DNA of 64,000 bases from positions 121,582,001 through 121,646,000 of the forward strand of contig NC_043001.1 in the NCBI RefSeq assembly GCF_006345805.1. Reading direction: 5' to 3'. The notes beneath the pieces are model-generated. The model was not told the DNA's origin and did no database searches. It saw only the letters and a program-made list of their open reading frames with translations. Below, one piece after another: positions 47,960-62,003 of this stretch (the first letter of the stretch is position 1; each line of letters begins with the position of its first letter). Made by a program: the position numbers and the translations under genes. Source of the DNA: Octopus sinensis (taxonomy: Eukaryota).

Positions 47960-48900
47960 CTATCTAGGTCGTCCCTCGGGACACCCCAAGACTGTTTCCA
48001 CACATTTTCCCCATTCGTCTCGATCTTCCATAATGGTCCTCAGCTCCTGTACCACTTCCATACCAGTATCCTCCAGCGAGTTGTCGATATAGGTTGCCTT
48101 CCTCCTTCCTCTCTTGATCCTTTCTTCCGTTGGTTGCCAGAGCACTAGCATGTGTCCAGCTAGCCTCATCCTTCTATGTTGCATCTTCAATGTTACTTTT
48201 GTTGTATGACTCTTCCAGGAGACATTGAGTGCCATTCTAATCATCCTATCACCGTAACCGAACAGGCTATCAGATGTTGCTACACATCGCTGGTCACAAT
48301 GCGCTTCGCATTGTTTTAACCTTCAATGACGCCACCCCACTGCCTAAGCGAGCAGGCCAACAGAAGAAAGTTGTGGTAAAAGAGTACAGCGGGGTTCACC
48401 ACCACCCCCTGCCGGAGCCTCGTGGAGCTATGGGTGTTTTCACTCAATAAACACTCACAACGCCTGGTCTGGGAATCGAAACCGTGATCCTACGACTGCG
48501 AGTCAGCTGCCCTAACCACTGAGCCATTGTGCCTCCCCAAGCATCCTCATATAAAACCGTCCTACTGCTTCTTCGATGCTTTAGTGAGTGTCCATGTTTC
48601 AGCCCCGTATAGAAGAACAGACTCCACTGTTGACAGAAACAACATCACTTTCAATTTCCTTGCTAACTTTGAACTCCATGCATTTCTCAATTTATGGCAT
48701 GTGCTCCAGGCAAGAACTTTCCTTACGACAATGTCTTTTTCAGTACTTTGTATCCATGCACCAAGATATTTGAAATGTTCAACTACCTTTAGTGACTTAC
48801 CGTTTCTCACTTTCACTGACACAGGCATTTCATGGTTGAATACTTGCAGCTCTGTTTTCTTTGCATTACAGTATAATCATACCTTCCCTGATTCCAATTT
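47960..48900 (-). mobile_element. RTE-clade LINE 3' fragment, interrupted by a SINE (about 48230-48535)
   Basis: VEHFKYLGAWI...STVESVLLYGAETWTLTK and RRMRLAGH...GRRKATYID...MEDRDEW. Confidence 0.88.
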
Positions 48901-49370
48901 CTGATATTCTGTGTTCAAATTCCACCAAGGTGGACTTTGCCTTCCGTTCTTTCAGGGTCGATAAAATAAATGCCAGTCAGGTGCTGGGATCGATGTAATC
49001 GATTATCAATGCCCCATCCCCTAAAATTACTGGCCTTGTGCCAAAATTTGAAACCATTATTTCCAAAGATCTCGGTCACTAGTCATTGCCTTGGTGAGGC
49101 CTAATGTTCGTAGGTTCATGCTTCACCTTCACATATATTTCAAAATGTAATCACATGTGGATCGTTGGAGATTTTTTCCTCCATCTTCTTTTTCTCTTGG
49201 ACTTTCCTCTGTCTCCTCTTTCTGAAGAAGAGCTTTGCTTGAAACGTAAAACCACCTTTCTTTCCTTCCCTGAGCATCTGCTAATACTTTGCATGTACCA
49301 TGACCTCGCATTGTTGTTTTTCCTTGTGTTTTTCCTTCGTTTTGGTGAGGGATTATACATATATATATAT

Positions 49371-49965
49371 ATCATCATCATCATTGTTCGACCGTGGTCG
49401 AGACAATGGAATTTACCATGCTACGCCAGACTTCACGGTCCATCATGACATTATGGCGGTCCTGTTGCTGGATGCTTGTATCCCTGGAGATTACATCAGG
49501 GTAGGAGAGTGTGCGCCCTCTGGTATTGCGAGTAGATGGCTTCCAGAGGAGAAGAGTAGAAATTACCTCTTTTTCAGCTCTACAACAATGTCCAGCAAAC
49601 TGGACTCTTACCTTTCACAAGAGATGACACAGGTGGTAGTTTCCCATATATTTGCATTTTGGTTGGATGGCGCTTCCACGAGAGATTTTGACCTCTCATA
49701 AGGAGGCGAGTGTAGGTTCCATCCAACCGCCTCTCAAGCTTCTTTGATAACGTCCAGGTTTCTGAGCCATATAGTAGAATTGGTTCGACTGTGGCTTTGA
49801 AGATTTCAAGTTTGAAGTCTCTACTTAGATTTGATGACCAGATCTTATGCATGTCATTACAGGCTGAGAAGGCCATACCCTTTCTAGTTAGAAAGTCTTT
49901 TCCAGATGATGATATGTATGATCCAAGATATTTGTAATCAGAAACCATATTTAAGGGCGCATTGT
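49371..49965 (-). mobile_element. RTE-clade LINE 3' fragment with (GAT)n tail
   Basis: DYKYLGSYISSSGKDF...ATVEPILLYGSETWTLSKKLERRLDGTYTRLLMR. Confidence 0.9.
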
Positions 49966-51725
49966 TGAGAATATGGAGTATATACACACACACACACACA
50001 AACACATACACACACATGTAAAACCGATGGGTTTTTTTCAGTTTCTAGCAACCAGATCTACTCACAAAGTCAGAAGGCTTTGGTTGACCCAAAGCTGTAA
50101 CAGAAGACATTTGCTTAAAATGTCAAGCAGTGGGATTGAACCTAGAACAATGTGGCTAGGAGGTAAACTTCTCACCACACAGCTACAGCTGCTCTAGAAA
50201 ACAATAAAAACAAAACAAAAAGAGAAGAAAGAAATTAATTCCGAAAGAAGAAAAAAAATTATTAAATATCTTCATTGTGTTTTTTTTTTTTTTGAAACAT
50301 CTTTTTATTAATATAATCATTCATGTATACAAATGTTTAGATGCTTTATTACGAACAAGAGGAGGATACAAAATTCAGAAGCAGAAAAAAATAAATATAT
50401 ATATATATATGTCTTCTTTCAATTGCAAAAATGATAAAGAAAGGGAAAAAAAAACAAAAATAAGCACATTACAGGGAGAATAAAAGGAATATTGATGGTG
50501 GTGGTCGTGGTGGTAGTAGGGGGGGGGGGAATCTTTAGTATAAAGAATCATGTAACAATATTGATGGAAACCATTGAGATAAAAGAAAGCAATTTAACAA
50601 AGAGAGGAGGGGGGAAATATTTTGAATGCTACGCATATTTCATATATATATATATGTACATACATGCCTACGCATACATATATATATGTGTGTGTATGTG
50701 CATATATATATATATATATATATATTTGTGCATACATATTACACAATATTTAAGGACAACAAGTTACAGGTCCCAAAGTGTAGATTTACAGAGCAAATCA
50801 TTTCCTTTAATCATAATGGCAATGTTAGTTTTAAAAAAAAACCTGATTTCAGCAGCCTTCAGCCTAGGCAGGTTTCCCAATTTAATGCTTTGTATACTAA
50901 TGCACAACCTCGAAGAAAAAAAAAAACCTTGGCTACATGCATGGCAAAGTTAACATTAACCGATTACTACATGGGTAGTAAGGGTTTTAACCATGTTGTA
51001 TGCCACATGATAAGCAAGGTTTACAATATTTAAAATGCCCCCTCCAAATCAGAAACAAGCCTGCTGTCTCCACATCTAACATAAACAATAACAATAATAA
51101 TAATGGTACAATAGAGTAGTTGTATACTGTCAACTTAATGTGACAGTCCGTGAAGGGAATAATACTACTGCTATTTAGCCCTAGGAAGCATCAACGCTTC
51201 CTGTCGGCCCTTAACACATTTCCTGTGTCCTTATGTTTACAAAGGGGAGACAAGCACTTCCACCCAGCTAAACCTGCATCCAGAGACTAGTTTCTGAGTC
51301 TTTGCTCGTCATCAGTCTGGAGTAGCATAGCCTGCTAGTGTCTCCCCCTTGTAAACATAAGGACACAAGAAATGTGTCAAGGCCGACAGGGACTGTCACA
51401 TTAAGTTGACAGTATACAATTACTCTATCGTACCACTACTGCTTAAATCTCTCCGAGATATTTAGAAATGTAGTATTTCTATTTAATAATAATAATAATA
51501 ATGATAATAAAAGAATATTAAAAAGAATTGGGGACAAGTTAACATTCTCGGGCTGACGTTTTAAAAAAATATACCCCCCAATGCCTTGTTTACAGTGCAA
51601 ACTAAAAAGGGGGACAACTAAGGTGTCCAGTTTGTCAGCCTTCATACATTGATATATATATATATTATATATATCCATTTATATATATACATATTTATGT
51701 TCATATATATGCATATATATCCATT

Positions 51726-51759
<34 letters not shown>

Positions 51760-53249
51760 TGTATGCATATATTGATGTTGTTAAATATATATATATATAT
51801 ATATATTAATACACAGTTATTATTTATATTAAAATAATGGGAAAAAATACAACCACCTGCATGAATTATGTTTATAACAGCCACAAACATCTGTGCATGA
51901 CAGGAACAATATTTTTACAAAACAATATATTTTTTGTGTCTTTATCCTTTATTTCATATTCATTTATTAATATTTTTTTTACTTTGAGTGATATTATTAA
52001 ATGTGAAACATTTTTATTCTTAACATTTCAAATATATTTCTTTTCCAATGTGATTTTTAAAAATTTATTTGCTTATAATTTTTTTTCTTTTTTTAAATAT
52101 TTATAATTTGCTTTGATACTTGAAATAATTAAGCTTTCAGATTTCATTTTGGCATCTCTGAAAGATAAGATGAATTATATTTATAAACCAGCATCTTAAT
52201 TGTATCATGCCCTATCATAATTCTTTCTCATGTCTTTTTTCAAGCGAAGGAGAAGAAGAAATATTCTTCGTCCCCTCATTTACTCTTTCATATAACATGA
52301 TTTATTATTTGCTTAAAAAATGCAAGAATTTCTCAAAAAATGCCTGATTGTAATGGCAGGCATTTCAAATATCCAGAAGGCACCATTAAAACTGAGATTT
52401 ATTTTTTGCTAAGGTCAGAAGTGGGGGTTGTTTGAATTAACCTAATAGTAAGGATTCTTATATAATATGTGTGCATGTGAAGGTACATGGCTTAGTGGTT
52501 AGGGTATTCGGCTTACAGTCATAAGGTCTTGAGTTCGATTCCTAGCTCCGCATTGTATCCTTGAGCAAGACACTTTATTTCACATTCCTCCAGTCCATTC
52601 AGTTGACAAAAACGAGTCGTACCTGTAATTCAAACGAGTCAGCCTTGTTGCATTGTTTCACACTGAATCTCCCTGAGAACTACATTAAGGGTACATGTGT
52701 CTGTGGAGTATTCAGCCACCTACATATTAATTTCATAAGCAGGCTGCTCCATTGATCAGATTAACTGGAACCCCCATACTCTTAACTGAAGAAGTGCCAG
52801 TGTGTTAGTGAGTGTGTATGTGTGTGTGTGTGTCTGTAGGATTATGTAGGCTTTGGAGAAAATGAGTTTATAATTACATAAGACGAAGATAAATTATTTC
52901 CTCTTTCTAAAACTATCTGTGCTTAAGTGTCACTAACTTCTAAGTCTTCATATTTTCTAGTAGCAAATTTGTGGCCATGAATTTGGTTAATTTCTTACAG
53001 CTGTCAGGTTCCAAAGAGCAATAAGAAGGGAGTGGGGAAAAAAAAGGAAACTACCAAGAAACTGTGACTTGTGTTGATAGGGCTAGTTGATTATATTTGG
53101 ACTGGTGCTATTTTATCGGCCCTGAAAGAATGAATGGCAAAGTCAACCACAACAGCATTTGAACTCAAAATATAAAGAGCTAGAAAAAATTCCGCTTAGC
53201 ATTTTGGCCAATGCACTAACAATTCTCAATGCTTGCTACCTTAACAACA

Positions 53250-53590
53250 GTAATAATGATGATAATAATAATGATAATAATAATAATAATAATAATAATA
53301 ATCCTTTCTACTATAGGCACAAGGCCTGAAATTCGAGGGAGAGGGATAGTCGATTACATCGACCCCAGTGCTTCACTGGTACTTAATTTATTGAACCTGA
53401 AAGGATGAAAGTCATAGTCGACCTCGGTGGAATTTGAACTCAGAACATAGCAGCAGACAAAATTCTGCTAAGCATTTCGCCTGGCATGCTAACAATTCTA
53501 CCAGTTTGCTACCTTAATAATAATATTAATAATAATAATAATAATAATGATAATAATAATAATGACAATAATAATGATGATGATGATGAA
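53250..53590. repeat. (AAT)n/(GAT)n microsatellites flanking a SINE
   Basis: AAT runs at 53250-53300 and 53520-53590. Confidence 0.9.
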
Positions 53591-54359
53591 CTTTTCCAAT
53601 GAATTTAAAGACGCAAACTGTGGTTATTTTTCGAGAACTATTGATTCCATTGTGTATTAAATTTTTGTTAGAATATAAAAGAGGATTCCTGTCTACACAT
53701 TGACAGCTGGTGGCACATTAAGTTATATTGTGTCGAGGATTTAAACAACTGGGTCGGTAAAAACAACAAACCTATCAGTTCATTTTAATTGTTATCATTT
53801 GTTAAATCTAGCATTCATAAATATGTATGAATGCTAAACATACATATTTATATGCATATATGTAAATGCTTGTGTAAATGTGTGTGTGTATGTGTCTTAG
53901 CATAATGCACACACACACACACACACTCATTTACACACATCTTTATCATCATATGTTTGTGTGTCTGTGTTTGTACTTAACAGTTTAACAAAAGACACAA
54001 ATAGAATGAGTACCAGCCTCAAATTTAAAAAATACTGGATTCAATTCATTTTACTAAAGTTCTTCTAAGCACTGCTCCAGCATGGCCTCAGACTAATATG
54101 TGAAATGAGTACAAAATAAACAAAAGATATGTGTGTGTGTGCATATGTTTGTATATGCGTGCATGTATGTATATAATTCTTCTTACAATGTTGCCATTGC
54201 ATTTTGCACCACTTGATTATAACCAATATCAAGTTTTTTGTGGAATTCCTGCCTTATAAATCTATTGTTTGAACCCCCCACCCCCACACACACATATAAT
54301 ATATATATGTAAATCTATTTATCTATCTATCAGTGTATGTGTGTGTGATTGCATATACT

Positions 54360-54397
<38 letters not shown>

Positions 54398-54434
54398 TAT
54401 ATATATATATATATATATAATATATATATATATA

Positions 54435-54474
<40 letters not shown>

Positions 54475-54995
54475 TTTCCATTTTGTATGACATCTAAACT
54501 AACTATGACTAAACTATCCTCTCACACCGTCTACGATGAAGGGATATTATTTATTTAATATCCTAGAAACAGCTGTAAGACCTTCTATCTATGAATGCTC
54601 TAATATCTACACAGCCTTGGGTTTTTATCTTATTACGCAAAAAATTCTTATATACATACATACATATATACATGTGTGTGTGTGTATACTGTGGCACTCC
54701 ATCGATTATGATGACGAGGGTTCCAGTTGATCCAATCAACGGAACATTTTTATACACTTTTATTTTTATTTCTACATTCATTCTCCTATTTCCCTATATA
54801 CTCCTTATTTGCTTCCTTTTCCAAAATAAGTCCTCATATCGAACTCTACTATTTCCCTCTATTTAACCATCTCACATCATCTCTGATGTAGGAATATCCC
54901 TAATATCCCACACACAGCTGTAAGACTACCTTTCTCTTTAAAAATGTCCTAAAAATTCCATGCAGCCTTGACTTTGATGTCTCATTTTATTTAAT

Positions 54996-55028
<33 letters not shown>

Positions 55029-55191
55029 GATACATATATAAAATCATAATTTTAAATAATTATTACCTTTGAAAAGTTTTTATTCCCATGCTGACCACCA
55101 GATAAGATCGATATTTAAATATCGATCTTATCCTTATTTATATAAATTTATATACATATATAGGTAGGTAGTGTTTGTGTGCGTATATATA

Positions 55192-55238
<47 letters not shown>

Positions 55239-55625
55239 AACATACACACATACACACATATATATATGCTTATATAAATGCACACATTCATATGCATAAT
55301 TTCAGCGCCACTGCTAAACTTGACCCACATTTGAATTAAATGGTCTGTCTGTGTGTCTTTGGATGTACCAGCTTAATATGAGATCTTCCAACCAACATTA
55401 GCCATCACAATGCACTTGCCACATTTCTTCATATTAACTTCACTCAGCTCCTTGTCCCTGAATAATCACTGTTGTACTATAAACCATTTCTTAGGCCAAT
55501 CCTGCTACCCCACTGTCCTCCTCAGAACTGTAACCCTCTGAAAATTCACTCCTGCTTGTCATTCACCTTTAGCAACCAATGTTTGAAAAATATTAACTGG
55601 TTGCTAATCACATTATCCTCAATTC

Positions 55626-56111
55626 TTAACCCTTTCATTACCAACCCGGCTGAAACCAGCTCTGGCTCTGTAGTGCAAATATCTTGTTTTCATAAGTTTT
55701 GAATTCAAATCTTCCACCAAACTTTAGTCACAATTTATGTTCCTAACACTAGATTAATGATGACAAAGTTATTTTCCTAAATTCTTTGTTATATTTAAAA
55801 TTAATTGAAAGAAATACAGAGCATCTCACAAAAATATGGTCACAAAAGGGTTGAAATATATGATATATGATAGAGAAACAATTCTTAACCCTTTCATTAC
55901 CAACCCAGCTGAAACCGACTCTGGCCCTATAATGCAAATGTCTTGTCTTCATAAGTTTTGAATTCAAATCTTCCCCCAAACCTTAGTCACAATTTATGTT
56001 CCTAACACTAGCTGAATGATAACAAAGTTATTTTACTAAACTCTTTGTTATATTTAAAGTAATTGAAAGAAACACTGAGCATCTCAAAATAAATACAGTA
56101 ACGAAAGGGTC
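55626..56111. mobile_element. Two adjacent copies of TTAA MITE family 1
   Basis: Two about 225-bp copies about 30 bp apart, both preceded by attcTTAAccctttcattacc. Confidence 0.85.
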
Positions 56112-56683
56112 AAACCCCTTCTTTTCAGATAAATGACAGAGAGCGAAATGGAAATTTGTAAGGTTTCATGAAGATGTCCATGACATATAAATGAAATGGT
56201 TCTGAACATGGACCAAATCTCAGACTGTTACGTTGTTTCATGGCAACATAGTACCGTCACATAATGTATGTGTTTCTGTGTGTGTGGGGGGTGAATGTTT
56301 GAGTGTATGTGTATCAATTGCATACATTTTGGTTTTGTTTGAGCAGCAACCAAGGAATCTCTTAAAGAGGATTCATAATAAAAATACATTCAAAACAATT
56401 TGGTTTGAAGAATCTGATTTTTACACACTTTGTATATGAACAGTGCAGCCCTATTTTCCTGCATGATAATAACAATAATAACAGCAATGATAATAATAAT
56501 AATAATAGACTTAATAGCTCCCTTATTGAGATTGGTGAAATTACATGACTTGCATTGATTCAGAATTCTGTTCTATTGGAAACAGCAAGGACTGTAAGAA
56601 AGGTCTATGATATTGAAGAAAATTGGTTGTGACCCAGTATTAAGGACACTGATTTTGAATGTAAAACATTTACACATATCTTG

Positions 56684-56719
<36 letters not shown>

Positions 56720-57978
56720 TTCTAGTTTTTGCCACAAGGGTTGCTTGGGGAGGGGATTATGTCGATTACATCGCCCCCTCTTCCCAGTGCGTAACTAGTA
56801 CTTATTTAATCGACCTTGAAAGGATGAAAAGCAAAGTTGACCTTAGTGTAGCTAGAGTGTGCGACATAACATAACGTTGCAGTCCTGGTTTAGGATAAAT
56901 GTTGTCATATAGCCAGCTGGAGAAGATGTCTCCTGGGGCTAAATTACAGCAACATATGTCCTAAACCAGGACTGCCATCTTATATTGGCAAATAATCTTT
57001 ACTCTAAAGTACTCTTGCTGAATATCTCACATCGAGAAATTTAAAAATAGTAATTTTCTTTATTGATGTTGTGGAGTTGCCTGTGACAACTCTTCTTGAG
57101 CAGAATCATGGACAGTAAGGGAGACAAACAGAGCTCAACTCAGCTCTTTGGTAAGTGACGTGTCTTCATCCATCTCCAAAAGGATCCAATGTTGTAAAGG
57201 GTTGAAGAGCAGTATCATACCCTGCAATGTTCGGTCTTACTGTGTTTACTTATGTTTCATGGAATTTCTCAATAAAGACAGTGTAAGATTCCATCTGCGA
57301 TCCTGCCTGGTGGTTTTATCATATTTGTCATTGCAAACACAGACAAAAAATTTGTATCACAAGCATAGATACAGCACAAAGGAAGGAAAGCTGAACAATT
57401 TTGGTTTAGAGCAAAGGTAGGAAGGTAGTTAAATCAGTTAGTTGTTGTTAATATATTTAATTAATTGACAATTAAAAGCTAACAAGAGACCAAAAAAAAA
57501 ATGGGGTGGAGTTTTAAAAAGTCTACATAACTCAGTGACTTTTATTATTTGTATTAATCTGACACATATATATAATAAAAAAGGCAGGCATGTTTTGGTA
57601 TTATTCTGAACTCATCAATCACTATAAATGCTGAAATAGGTTAATAGGTTTGTTTAAAGATTAAATGATTCAGAATCTAATTAGAAATAAACGCAAAAAA
57701 ATAATAATCATAGTCAATAACTAGTAAAATTAGTTGGGTTTAGGTTAAAGTAAGGACTTGAACAATTAAATTTTTAAGTACATATTTATTATTATTATTA
57801 TTATTATTATCATTATTATTATTTATTAATTTTATTTGTATTTGTTGTTTTTTTTTTAGAGGAAAAGATTATCATTTTCAGTATTTTAATATTTTAATCC
57901 ATTATTCCATAAAGACACATATATGAATATGTACATATATTTTCATGCATATATGTTTGTGTAAATACATATACACAC

Positions 57979-58014
<36 letters not shown>

Positions 58015-59095
58015 TCACATTGATGTCTGTGTGTGTGTGTGAGCACAAGCACATTATTTCTTTGTTTATCTATTTATTATATTCATATTTTTTCTTTTAG
58101 CAAATATAAATGAATGAAAAATGACTAGAATTTCTGAATATAAGTAGATCTGCTGGGTTTCTTTTTATAAATTCACAGCTTATATATTAAGTGGGAAACA
58201 TAAGGAAATGACTAATATATTTGAGTGGAGTGAAAAAGGCTGGTATATAAAAAAAAACAACAACCCAACACTGACCTAGTTAAATTCACACATGCAAACA
58301 TGCAAAAAAGCACATATGCTTATATACATACATATACACACACATATATATGTGTGTGTGTGTGTGTGTGTGTATGCAGAGAAAGAAAGAAAAAGGATGA
58401 AAAAGAGAAAATGTATTCTCAAAGCAGTATAATGTATTTTTGTATAAATTGCTTCTTATTTTCTTAAGATATATACCTTTAATTGAATTGAATGCAGTTA
58501 ACTTTAATTGTTTGCTTATTTCAGTCATTGGACTGTGGCCATACTGGAGCACTGCTCTGAGGGGGCTTAGTGAAATGAATGAAACCCAGTACTTATTCCA
58601 TCAGTTTCTTTTGTCAAACCAATAAGTCACAAGGGCGACCACAAACACAAAGTTACACATGCCCAGATGTGTGTGTGTGTGTGTGTGTGTAAATATATAC
58701 ATCAGAGTAAGCACATAAATGTGAAACATGGTGAGAAAAAATAGTACTCGAATACCGGAGGTAGAGTAATATGCTTTATTATTAAAGCTGCAAAAAGAAA
58801 CTATTACTCAGAGTTTCATGTTCCTGTTTGTTGGACAGTTTTGGTTAAGAATAAAACAAAAACTCAATTTTTTGTTCCATTCTCAACCAAAACTGACAAA
58901 CAGGAACATGAAACTCTGAGTAACAGTTTTTTTTAATGTTTTTGCAGCTTTATTAATAAAGTGTGTGTGTGTGTGTGTGTGTGTTTATATATATACATAT
59001 ACACACATATATATATATATATGTATACATATATACACACACATATATATATGTATATATATATATATACATATACATACATATATGTACATACA

Positions 59096-59136
<41 letters not shown>

Positions 59137-60774
59137 ATATACCGGAGTAAACACATAAATGTGAAAGAAGGTGGAAAAAAGAGTACTCAAATACCAGTGG
59201 TAGAGTAATATGCTTTATTTAAAGCAGCAGAAAATTCAACAAACCTGTTACTCTGAGTTTCCCGTTGCTGTTCATCGGACAGTTTTTGCAAAAACTGTCC
59301 GATGAACAGCAACGGGAAGCTCAGAGTAACAGGTTTTGTTGAATTTTCTGCTGCTTAAATAAAGTATATATATATATATATAACGGGAAGCTTTATGAAA
59401 ATAAACAAAAGATGAAGGCAGGTGGAAAACAACGAACAATTGTATTAGTATGGCGCTCAGGAAATATAAATAAAACAAGTCTTTAACGTTTCGAGCTACC
59501 TCTTCACAGAAAGATCACAGAGAGAGAAAAACACAGAAAGAGGAGAAAAAAAAAAAAAAAAAAAAATGCGTGCAGTAGCTAACGAATCAACATGGCGACA
59601 TATATATACATATGTATATACACACACACATATGTATGTATGTATATAGGTGTATATCTCTGTGTGTATTGGTCCAAGACTATAGCAGAAGAGACTTGCC
59701 CAAGTTGCCTTGCAGTGGGATTGAATTCAAAATGATGTAGCTAAGCAAGCTTCTTAACCAGACAGCCATACCTGGTATAATTATATGTTAATTTATGCAT
59801 AACTATGGAAGCACATGACCGCATGATTAATGTGTTCAACTCACAATTGTAAGATTGTTGGTTTAATTCTCCTTGAGCAAGATACCTCAGTTCACATTGC
59901 TCAAGTTTATTCAGTTGAAAATGGCAGTTGCTGGGGGTTGAATTTATGATGGATTGACATTCAATTCAATGGGTGAAAATATTATACTTTCAATTGCCAA
60001 AATGCCTGAAAAACTCAATAACATGCACAAACTCCAGCCGCCTGAGCCAGTAAGTTAGGTGTAGATTTTATATACAGCTCTAACATTTATGTTTATGTTA
60101 TTCTTTGCTAGAATACTGCATTAAGAATACATTCGTGTTGTTTTGTTAAGAGATTTTAATAACATATGGCTCCAATCTTGGATTTCATCCAAATACGTTG
60201 ATGTATTTTATAGAAGTACACTCTGAAAGAAAGAGAAAATTTACAAATTTTTCACAATTTTCAACTCACTGTTTACACCTTGTTTTACATCTTTCATCTC
60301 ATGAGTGAGTACATATAAAGTTCAAATGGAATTTTTCATTTGGTACCAGGCTGATAAAGGTTCTGCATTAGTTTATACTCATATGTATGTATGTCATTAT
60401 TCAGTTTTATTTCAAGATTTCTTGCCAATAGAGAAAGAACTTGTTTCTAACCTAGACCCAAGACTCCTTCATTGGAATTTCAACAACATCAACAGGGTAT
60501 TTTTGTATGTATGTTTTGTATACACACAGATTCATATGTTTTGTAACCATAAACAAATATGCCCCAGTATATATAATAAATTTGTATTTTAAGATATATG
60601 TTGCAAGTTAATTTTTTTAAATATTTTGTTAGCTGGTATGTAATAAATAATATATATATATATATAATATAATATGTGACAATTATTCAGTTGTCATAAT
60701 GAATGAGGTCTCATTCATTCTTTTGTTGTCTTACCATTACCATTAATATACATATATATATATATATGTATGTG

Positions 60775-60837
<63 letters not shown>

Positions 60838-60844
60838 TATATAT

Positions 60845-60878
<34 letters not shown>

Positions 60879-61454
60879 TATGGTTCATTCCATTAGGAAC
60901 ATAGCAGAGTACAAAATAGAGCTCATTCACCCTTAGAATTACCAAATAGCTGGTAGTATTACAATATACTACCGAGTCTAGGTTTGGGTATTCTTCAGGT
61001 GCAAAAATAAAATTGAATAAGATAGAGTCAACAAGAAGAAGTATGGTTAGATAGTTATTTTATAATTACTATACACGTTTCCATACAACATAGATCTTCA
61101 TATATACATGTATTTGATTATGCAATGGTTTACCTGTATAATGGGATCCAGTAGTATTTCTTCAGGTAATATATAGTTGCTGTCCGTCAATTACAAAACC
61201 TTTGACTTCGATGTTAACATAGTCATCTGTCTTGTTGATTAGGTTTTGTAACTAACGGGGACAGTAATTGTATATTACCTGGAGAAATACAACTGGATTC
61301 CATTCTACAGGTAAGCCGTCGCATAATTAAATTCCTGTATATATGAAGATTTATGTTGTATGAAATCATGTGTAGTGATTATAAAATAAGTGTCTTGCTG
61401 TACTCCATCTTGTCATCTGTTTCTTTTATATATACATACATATATATACATATA

Positions 61455-61950
61455 CCGTAAATCCTTGAGTATAATACGCAGGGGATTTTTAGGGGGCTGT
61501 ACCTCTGAAAAACCTAAACCTTGTGTATAATACGCATCCCTTCTCTAACTTGAGTCAAGAAGGTCTATATAACGTCCTTGGTTTGTAAAAATGTATACGG
61601 TAACGTCCTTTATTATTATTGTATATATAACATAATGCAAACGTGTAGCTTTTTTGTGCATTTTGTTTGCAAAAAATAAAGAAATAACAGTAATAACATT
61701 TAATAAATGTTGCTTACTGCAAGTTATGGATGATTCTTTTTATGACTTCATTGCTTTCAAGCTTATCTTAAGGTATTTTCGTGCCCGACATCACAAAATG
61801 CATTTGAATAAACATTGCCAGACAGCAAATAGAGACTCGGACATTGCTTAGAAAATATTTTTCATTTTTAACCTCGTATATAGTACGCACTAGGGATTTT
61901 GACCTGTAAATTTTGGGAAAAAAATGCAAATAATACTCAAGGATTTATGG
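61455..61950. mobile_element. Tc1/pogo-type MITE
   Basis: TA|CCGTAAATCCTTGAGTATAA ... TAATACTCAAGGATTTATGG|TA terminal inverted repeats. Confidence 0.85.

Positions 61951-62003
<53 letters not shown>

Noticed and set aside
57104-57150. ATG GAC AGT AAG... as a first coding exon (good Kozak context, strong donor)
   Set aside because: It is only 14 codons, has no homology and cannot be distinguished from chance. It is kept only as a possible part of the plus-strand model.
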